From the NCBI RefSeq assembly GCF_009914755.1, contig NC_060928.1: DNA of 64,000 nucleotides; one strand, written 5' to 3'. Below the pieces are notes generated by a model. The model worked only from the letters and a program-made list of their open reading frames with translations. It did not search any database and was not told the origin of the DNA. This document shows, in pieces, positions 55,052 to 64,000 of the stretch (the stretch's first letter is position 1; every line of letters begins with the position of its first letter). A program made the position numbers and the translations under genes. Source of the stretch: the human T2T-CHM13v2.0 reference genome, Homo sapiens.

Positions 55052-58016
55052 AAAGACCATCAGGTGATGGCAGAGTTAGGCGTGTCTGAGCTCAGATTCT
55101 CCTTTGGTGGGGCTTGAGGTGTCTTCTGTAGGGAATGGGGGTGTGGTTTTCATGCCAATGGAGTTATGTTCCTGGGGGTATTGGCTGCCTTTGCTGCATC
55201 ACACAGGTTGCCAGGGAAGTGGGGGAAAGCGGCCAGTCACAGAACTCTCCCAGCTCCCACGCAGCCCGCGGCCTGAAAGGCTGGTCTCACTCCCACTGAG
55301 TGGCTTGCATATGATCTTATATATACTCTCACTCTCACTCCTGGCTTGTATATGATCTTATACAAGTTAGAAAAGCAAGCTGACTCACAGTTTCTTGGCT
55401 CTCCCACAGAGCCTGCAGTGGCTATCCACCTCCTTCAAAGGGTCTGTGGATTCTCTTGGCTTTCCTGGTATGTTCCTGCGATAGTTCTTGGAGCAAAAGT
55501 TCACATTGTGGGTCTCCAGAGGCTGCTCTGTTTATCCGAATGGGAGCTGAAAGTTAGTGCTGTTTCCTATCTGCTATTTTCCTGGTATTCTTTTTAAATT
55601 TCTTTTTTTAGATAGTTTCGTGTTAGTGTATAAGAATGCAACTCATTTTTTGTATGTTGACTTTTATCCTGCAAGTTTATTGAATTAGTTTATTAGTTCT
55701 AACAGTTTTTTTGATGAAGTCTTTTGAGGTTTCTATATATAAGATCATGTCATCTGCAAATATCAACAAGTTCATTTTTTTTCTCATTTGGATGCCTTTT
55801 TCTTCCCTTTTGCATAATTTCTCTAAAAGGACTTCCAGTACTATGCTGAGTAAGAGTGATGAAGGTGACCACCCTTGTCTTATTTCTGATTTTAAAGAAA
55901 AATTTTCAGCTTTTAATTATTGAGTTTATAACACTGACTCCGAACTTAGAAAATTGACATGCATAACTTTTGTTATGTTGAAGTGTTTCTTCTATTCCTA
56001 ATTTGTTGAGTTTTACTCACAAAAGGATGTTGAATTTTGTCCAAGACTTTTCTGTGTCTATTGGCATGACCTTTTTATACTTCATTCTGTTAATGTGATG
56101 TATCTTGTTTATTGATTGAACCATCCTAGCATCCTAAGGATAAATTCCATGCGATCATGGTGTATGATCCTCCTAATGGGCTTTTGAATTTAGTTTCCTA
56201 GTATGTTGTTGAGGTTTTGCATGTGTGTTTATTAGGCCTATAATTTTTTTTTCTGTAGTCTCCTTATTTAGCTTTGGTATAACAGTAATTGGCTTTATCA
56301 AATAAGTTTAAATTTTTTGGAAGAGTTGGAGAAGAATTGGCTTTAAATGCTTGATAGAATTAATTAGTGAAGCCATCTAGTCCCGAGCTTTTCTTTGCTG
56401 GAAAAGTTTTGATTACAGATTTAATATCTTTGTACTTTATTGGCCTGTTCAGACTTTTTATTTTTACATCATTCAATTTTGGAAGATTGTATGTTTATAG
56501 GAATTTATCCATTTCTTCTGGGCTATCTAATATGTTGGAGTATAATTGTTCATAATAGTAATATTTTATGATCCTTTGTATTTCTGTAGTATCCGTTTTA
56601 ATGTGTCCTCAATTATGGTTTTATTGATTTGACTTGTTTCTCATTTTTTCTTGATTAGCATAGCTAAAAATGTGTCAAATTTGTTTTTCTTTTCTCAAAA
56701 TCAACTCTCAGTTTTGTTTTGTCTTTCCAGTCTCTATTTCATTTATTTCTGATTGAAGTTTTCTTATTTCTTCTTCCTGCTACCTTTGGGCTTACTTTGT
56801 TCTTCTTTTTCTAGTTCCCTGAGGTGCAACATTAGGGTTTTTATTTGACTTTTTTTTTTAATGCAGGTTTTATTGCTGCAGTTTTATTGCTTTTGCTGTA
56901 TCCAATAAGCTTTCACATTTTTTAAAAATTTTCATTTGTTTCAAGATACATTTTTCTTCAGTTTTAATTTCTTCTTTGACCTATTGATTATTCAGGAATA
57001 TGTTGTTTAATTTGGACATATTTGAAAATCTTCCTCTGTGTATTTATTCCTGATTTCATACCATTGTGGCTGGAAAGGATATGATGATTTTAATGTTCTA
57101 CAGTCTTTTAAGACTTGGTTTTTGGCCCAGCAGTTATATTGTAGTACTTATATTTTTGTTGTAGAAAAATACTTGTATAAAAATTAGGAATTCCTTCATC
57201 TTAAAATTTTTAAGTTAAATTCAAGTTAATTTTTAAAGTTATATTCAAGAGTCATGTTTGGAATAGTATTCACCAGATATTACATTATTATTGAGAGAGG
57301 CAATGTTTTCAATCTTTAATATCTATTTTTTTGATTTTACTTTTTATGAATCATTTTTAATAGGAATCATTTTTACTCTTAGAATGAAAAAATAAGTAAT
57401 GTTTATTCCTTAAAACCATCTAGCTCAGGTGATTTTGCAAATATAAACTACATTTCTTGCTCTCAAGGGTATACAGAGACAGGGTCAAATAATCAAATAA
57501 TAAAAATTACACAGAAATGTATCTTGTTGTTTTTCTTTAGCTACAAAGAAAGTTATTTTTGAAGACTTTTCTTATGGTAAAATAAAGTGTCCATCATATT
57601 TACCATCTGAATCATTTTTAAGTGTAAAGTTCAGTGGCATTAAGTAATATTCACATTGTTGCTCACCATCACTATTTTTTATGCCTAGAACTTTTTTATC
57701 GTCTTAAACTTAAGCTTTGTCCTCATGAAGCAGTAACTCCTCATTTATTTATTTCCTCCTCTTCGCCCCTTGTAACCTCTGTTCTACTTTCCGTCTCCAT
57801 AAATTTGACTTTTCTAGGTACCTCATATAAGTGAAATGCGTCTTGCTTATTTCACCTAGTGCACTGTCCACAAGGTTCATTCAAGTTGTAGCATATATCT
57901 AAATTTCATTCCTTTATAAGGTTTATTTATATTCAATTGTGTGCATATATCACTTTTGTTTATCTATTGATGCAGATATCTGTTTTGGTCCTTGCTTTCG
58001 ATTCTTTTATGGTAAA

Positions 58017-58343
58017 CAATCATCCCTCTGTATCTGTGGGCTCTGCAACTGCGTATTCAACCGACTGCAGATCCAAAATATTTTTTTAAAAATAAAAACA
58101 ATAAAAATAAACAATACACCAATAAATAATACAAATTTTAAAAAATACAGTATAATGATTTATATAGCATTTACATTGTATTAGGTAAAAGTAATCTAGA
58201 GATGACTTAAGGTATACGGGAGGATGTTTATAAATTATATGCACATGTTATGCCATTTCACATAAGGGACTTGAGTATCCACAGATGTTGCTATCCTCGG
58301 GGGTTCCTGGAACAAATTCTCTGAGGATATTGAGGGACAACTC
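58017..58343 (-). mobile_element. MER2 (TcMar-Tigger MITE)
   Basis: TIR-like ends caatcatccctctgtatc ... gatattgagggacaactc followed by TA; core agcatttacattgtattaggt...agtaatctagagatg. Confidence 0.88.
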
Positions 58344-58594
58344 TATTTTCAGAAGCAGAATTGCTCCATCCATCATATGGTAATATTATTTAATTTTTTA
58401 GGAACTGCCATACAGTTTTCCACAGTAGCTGCACCATTTTACATTTCCCACAGCAATGTACAAGGGGTCCAATTTCTTTACATTTTCAACATTTGTTATT
58501 TTCAGTTTTTGGTTTTTTTTTTGAATAATAATAGCCATTTTAATGGGTGTGAATTGATAGCCCATCTTACTGTAGTTTTGATTTGCATTTTCTT

Positions 58595-58890
<296 letters not shown>

Positions 58891-59013
58891 TTGATTTGCA
58901 TTTTCTTAATGATTAGTGATGCTATCTTTTCCTGTGCCTATTTGGGCATTTGCATATGTTCTTTGAGGAAACGTGTATTCAAATCCTTTGCACATTTTAA
59001 AAATTGGATTGTT

Positions 59014-59317
59014 GGCCAGGCTTGGTGGCTCATGGTGGTAATACCAGCACTTTGGGAGGCCGAGACAGGCAGATCACGAGGTCAAGAGATCGAGACCATC
59101 CTGGCTAACACGGTGAGACCCCATCTCTACTAAAAATACAAAAAATTAGCCTGGCGTGGTGGCGGGGGCCTGTTGTCCCAGCTACTCGGGAGGATGAGGC
59201 AGGAGAATGGCCTCAACCTGGGACACAAAGCTTGCGGTGAGCAGAGATCAGGCCACTGCACTCTAGCCTGGGGGACAGAGTGAGACTCCATCTCAAAAAA
59301 TAAAAAATAAAAATAAA
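59014..59317 (+). mobile_element. AluY (diverged)
   Basis: gagatcgagaccatcctggctaacacggtga; 16-bp TSD taaaaattggattgtt. Confidence 0.93.
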
Positions 59318-60917
59318 TAAAAATTGGATTGTTTTTTCTTGTTGATACTTTTGCTATATTAAAAAAATATTTGTCCAAGAATCCCTTAAAAATCTTAAAA
59401 TCTAGTTGTATTATTAACTATATGTTAATATCTAAAGCTAAGTAGAGTAAGAAATTTAAAAGTAGAAATTCACAGAATCCTGTAAGCAAAAAATATGTGA
59501 TAACTTCTATTTTTTTCCTATGAATGAATTTCTTAATTACCCATTTCTTATAAGATTTTGTGGAAATGAGTAGGGGCTAAAATATGAATGATACTCTTAC
59601 TGGAATCATTTAAAGCAACAAAATATATATAAATCTAGGCATAAATAAAAGTACATTTTATGGCTATCAATAGAAATTCTAACTACCAGTTATATTAGTT
59701 CTCAAAGCTCTTAAGTTTTTAAATTTCAAGAGTGTTAATCTCTCTTGAAATTTTTCTGCAATTATGGAATTATTTTTAAGTTATTTATTTTGGATTTATG
59801 TGAAATAATTTAACAATAATCTATTCTTCCTGCTTTCAAATAAATTTATATTCTAACACCTAATTTTGTGAGCATATTAACTGTAAATTCACATGTAAAA
59901 AATAAGCCATGTCAAACAATGCAATTTTTACTTATATTCATCTTTTTTATGAAGGACTTCAGTAACAAACTTATTTAGTTCCAATGTCAAATAAAAAAAG
60001 GAGATTTAGAGATTCTCCATTACTATCCTTGCTCTTCTATACTATTTCTTCCCACCATATATGTAACCACATTTTAAAGTATTCATCTTATCCATCTTGT
60101 TTCTTTTTCTTTCAGTGCTGTGTTCCTATGCCTTGCAATTTTTCTCCATATGTTGTTGGTCTTTATATTTTTATTCTGTATTTTTTATATTAAGAACATT
60201 AACACTTTTCTACAATATATGTTGCAATTATATCTAGATTGTTTACTTATCTTTTAAAATATTGCTTATAAAGTAATTTTACTATGGTTGGGATTAATGA
60301 GAGATGCTTGGATGCCTTTCTAAGGAACCTAGACTCTTTTCTTTTAAATAGAGGAGTAATTTTTTTGTCTACCCTTCAAAAAATTAAACCTGGCAAGTAT
60401 GTCAAGGATATAATAGACAGTAGAAAGATTAAAGACAGTTCAATAAAACTCAACTGAGAAAGAAATCTGTTGTGAGCCCGTTCATCACTGCCACATTTGA
60501 GAGGCAACATATTAAGGGATCTGTTTCAGTTTTGAAGATAGCCACTTTCGCACTGAACAAGCTTATGCTTTGGGGCAAGTTTTTTTTTTCTTTATATTTA
60601 TCAACACAAGTTATCTCACTGGAGGCACCTGACAAATTACCACGTTCCATGAGGAATTTTTCAAAGTAGATTGCTATCGCACATAATAAGTTTGGAATAT
60701 AGCTAACAAATTCACTTTTAAAAATGTAATAATACCATGAAAATTTTCAAAGCCACTAAATACATTAAAAATGGTAAAATGAAGGAATGTTTAATAAAAT
60801 GTTCGCATTGTAATAAAAGTGCTGATTTTTTTTAAAGAAGGAATTTTAAAGTATTGTAGAGGAAGTCTAGAATAATTTTGCCATTCAAAAATGATGACTT
60901 TCTTTGGTTGTTGTTTG

Positions 60918-60947
60918 CCTCCTCCTCTTCCTCCTCCTCCTCCTCCT
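60918..60947. repeat. (CCT)n microsatellite at the Alu tail position
   Basis: cctcctcctcttcctcctcctcctcctcct. Confidence 0.88.
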
Positions 60948-60949
60948 TC

Positions 60950-61246
60950 TGACTGAGTCTTGCTCTATTGCCCAGGCTGGAGTGCAGTGGTGCACTCTAC
61001 TGCTCACTCCAATCTCCGCTCACTGCAACCTCCGCCTCCCGGGTTCGAGCAATTCTCGCGCCTCAGCCTCCCGAGTAGCTGGGAATACAGGCATCTGCCA
61101 CCATGCCCAGCTATTTTTTGTATTTTTAGTAGAGAGTGGGTTTCATTATGTTGGCCAGGCTAGTGGCAAACTCCTGACCTCAAGTGATCCACCCACCTCC
61201 CCCTCCAAAAGTGCTGGCATTATAGGGGTGAGCCACGTGCCCGGCC
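60950..61246 (-). mobile_element. AluSx/Sz-like with a short internal duplication
   Basis: gagtcttgctctattgcccaggctggagtgcagtgg...cctcaagtgatcc...cccggcc. Confidence 0.92.
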
Positions 61247-61299
61247 ATTTTTTCTTTATGTTTTCTATTCTTTTTACTTGTCATCAAAATTTAAAACTA

Positions 61300-64000
61300 T
61301 TTTTTAAGTTTTATTTTAAATACAAGGGGTAAATATGCAGGTTTCTTACATGGAAATATTGCATAATGCTAAGGTTTGGGGTATGAATCCCGTTACCCAG
61401 GCAGAGGGCATAGTACCTGATAGGTAATTCTTCAACCTGTGGCCACCTCACTCTCTCCCGCCTCTTGTAGTCTACAGTATCTGTTGTTCATATATATATA
61501 TGCCCATATTTGCTCAATGTTAGCTGCCACTTATAAATGAAAACGTGGTATTTGAGTTTCTGTTCCTGTGTTAATTTGCTCAATTATGGCCACCAACTGC
61601 ATCCATGTTGTTGTAAAATACATGATTTCATTCTTTTTACTGATGTGTAGTATTCCATGGTGTATTTGTACCACATTTTCTTTACCCAGTCTACCACAGA
61701 TGGGCACGTGGGTTGATTCCATGTCTTTGTTATTGTGAATAGTGTAACAATGAACATATAAGTTAATGTGTCTTTTTGGTAGAATGATTTGTTTTCCCTT
61801 GGGTATGCATCCACTAATGAGATTGCTGGGTCAAATGGCAACACTATCTTAAATTCTTTGAAAAATCTCCATACTGCTTTCCACGGTGGCTGAACTAATT
61901 TACATCCCCACTATGAGTGTATAAGGATTTCCTTTCCTCCACAGCCTCATCAGCATCTGTTGTTTTCTGAGTTTTTAATAATAGCCATTCTAACTGGTGT
62001 GAGATGGTATCCTCTTCAAGTTTGGATTTGCATTTCTCTAATGATCAATGATGCTGAGCATTATTTATATGTTTGTTGGCTGCTTGTATGTCTTCTTTTG
62101 GAGAGTGTCTGTTCATGTTCTTTGCCCATTCTTTTAAATGAGGTTATTCTTTTTTTTATTGTTGATTTGTTTAAGTTCCCTGTGGATTCTGGATATTGGA
62201 CCTTTGTCAGATGCACAGTTTGTGAATATTTTCTCCCATTCTGTAGGTTGTCTGTTTACTTTGTTGATGGTTTATTTTGCTGTGTAGAAGCTCTTTTGTT
62301 TAATTAGGTCCCATTTGTCTGATTTTGTTTTCATTGTGTTGCTTTTGAGGACATAGGCAAAAATTCTTTGCCAAGGCCAGTGTTGAAAAGAGTATTTCCT
62401 AAGTTGTCTTCTAGAATTTTTATAGGTTGAAGTCTTACATTTAAATTGGATCCATTTTGAGTTAGTTTTTGTATATAGTGAAAGATAGGGTTCCAGCTTC
62501 AGTCTTCTGAATATGGCTAGCCTGTTATCCCAGAATCATTTATTGAGTAGGTAGTCCGTTTCCATTGCTTGTTTTGGTCAGCCTTGACAAAAATCAGATA
62601 GTTGTAGGTGTGTGGCTTTATTTCTGAGTTTTCTAATCTGTATCATTGGTCCATGTCTCTGTTTTTGTACCAGTACCATGTTGTTTGGGTTGCTGTAGCT
62701 TTATAGTGTAGTTTAAAGTAGGGTAGTGTGATACCTCTGGTTTTGATCATTTTGCTTAGGGTTGCTTTGGCTATTTGGCTATTTTTTTTGTTTCAATTGA
62801 CTTTGAGAATAGTTTTGCCTAATTCTGTGAAAAATTACATTGGTAGGTTGATAGGAATAGTGTTGAATCTTCAGATTGCTCTGGGCAGTATGGCCATTTT
62901 TACAATATTGATTCTTCCACTCCATGAGCATAAAATATTTTTCCATTTATTTGTGTGGTCTCTAATTTCTTTTAGCAGTGTTTTCTAGTTCTTCTTGTAC
63001 AGATCTTTCACCTCCTTGATTAGCTGTACTCCTAGGTATTTCATTTTCCTTGTGGCTATTGTAAGTGGGATTTTTTCACTCTCCTGAACATTGTTGTTGT
63101 AAAGAAATGCTAATGAATTTTGTACGTTGATTTTGTAATTGGAAACTTTACTAAAGTCAGTTATTAGTTCTAGTTCTAGAAGACTTCTGGCAGGGTCTTT
63201 AAGATTTTCTAGGTATTGAAACAAATCAGTGAAGAGAGATTAATTTATTCTTTTCCTATTTGGATTTTTTAAAATTTGTTTCTCTTGCCTGATTGCTCTG
63301 ACTAGGTATTCCAGTACTATTAATAGGAGTGGTGTGAGTGGGCATGCATGTCTTGTTTCAGTTCTCAAAGGGAGTAGTTAGAGCTTTTGCCCATTCCGTA
63401 GATGTTGGCTGTGGGTTTGTCATAGATGGTTCTTATTATTTGAGGTATGTTCCTTCAGTGCCTAGTCTGATGAGAGCCTTTATCATGAAGGAAATTTATT
63501 TTTATTGAAATCGTTTTCTGCATCTATTGAGATAATCGTATGGTTTTTACTTGTAATTCTGTTTATGTGATGTACCACATTTACTGATTTGTCTATGATG
63601 AAATAGGCTTGCATACCAGGAATAAAGCCTACTTGATTGTAGCGAATTCACTTTTTGATGTGCTGCTGAACTTGGTTTGCTAATATTTTATTGAAGATTT
63701 TCGTGTCTATTGTGTATATATTTATCAAAGATACGGGCCTGAAATTTTCTTTGTTCATTGTGTCTCTGCCAGATTTTGTTACAGGCTGATGCTGGCTCAT
63801 AGAATGATTTAGGGAGGAGCCCATCCTCCCCGATATTTTGGAAGAGTTTCAGTAGGATTGGTATCAATTATTTGTATGTCTGGTAGAATTCAGCTGTGAA
63901 TCCATCTGGTCCAGAGCTCTTGTGGTTGTTAAGATCTTTATTACTGATTCAATTTTAGAACTTAATATTGTTCTAGTCTGGGTTTCATTCTCTTCATGAT
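61300..64000 (-). mobile_element. L1PA16-like LINE-1 (3' end plus ORF2, runs off the window)
   Basis: 3' end atgcaggtttcttacatgg...cccgttacccagg...catagtacctgatagg; ORF2 remnants PFDPAISL, YLENLKDPARSLLEL...YKINVQ...KYLGVQL. Confidence 0.9.

Overview
AT-rich primate genomic DNA, most likely human given a near-pristine AluY carrying AluYg6-type diagnostic changes. It looks intergenic or deep-intronic. I can support no protein-coding gene, RNA gene, CpG island or CRISPR array. The ORF-track entries are Alu-derived, broken L1 ORF1/ORF2 remnants, or chance ORFs. Roughly half the window is transposon-derived: about 16 Alus (J, S, Y), several L1s (L1PA8A, L1PB1, L1PA15/16, L1MA/MB/MD/ME), L2, MIR, LTRs (MLT2A, THE1, older ERVL-type) and DNA transposons (Charlie1, MER30, MER2). 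I found no convincing novel biological system. The most interesting signals are structural: a TSD-flanked L1PB1 with an internal inversion plus deletions, an L1PA8A whose ORF1 end is joined to the ORF2 RT core, a compound 1.5-Alu element under one TSD, young AluYg-like and AluYd-like insertions, and several templated-insertion or duplication scars. Subfamily names come from my recollection of consensus sequences, and boundaries of old repeats are approximate; both need RepeatMasker/Dfam confirmation.
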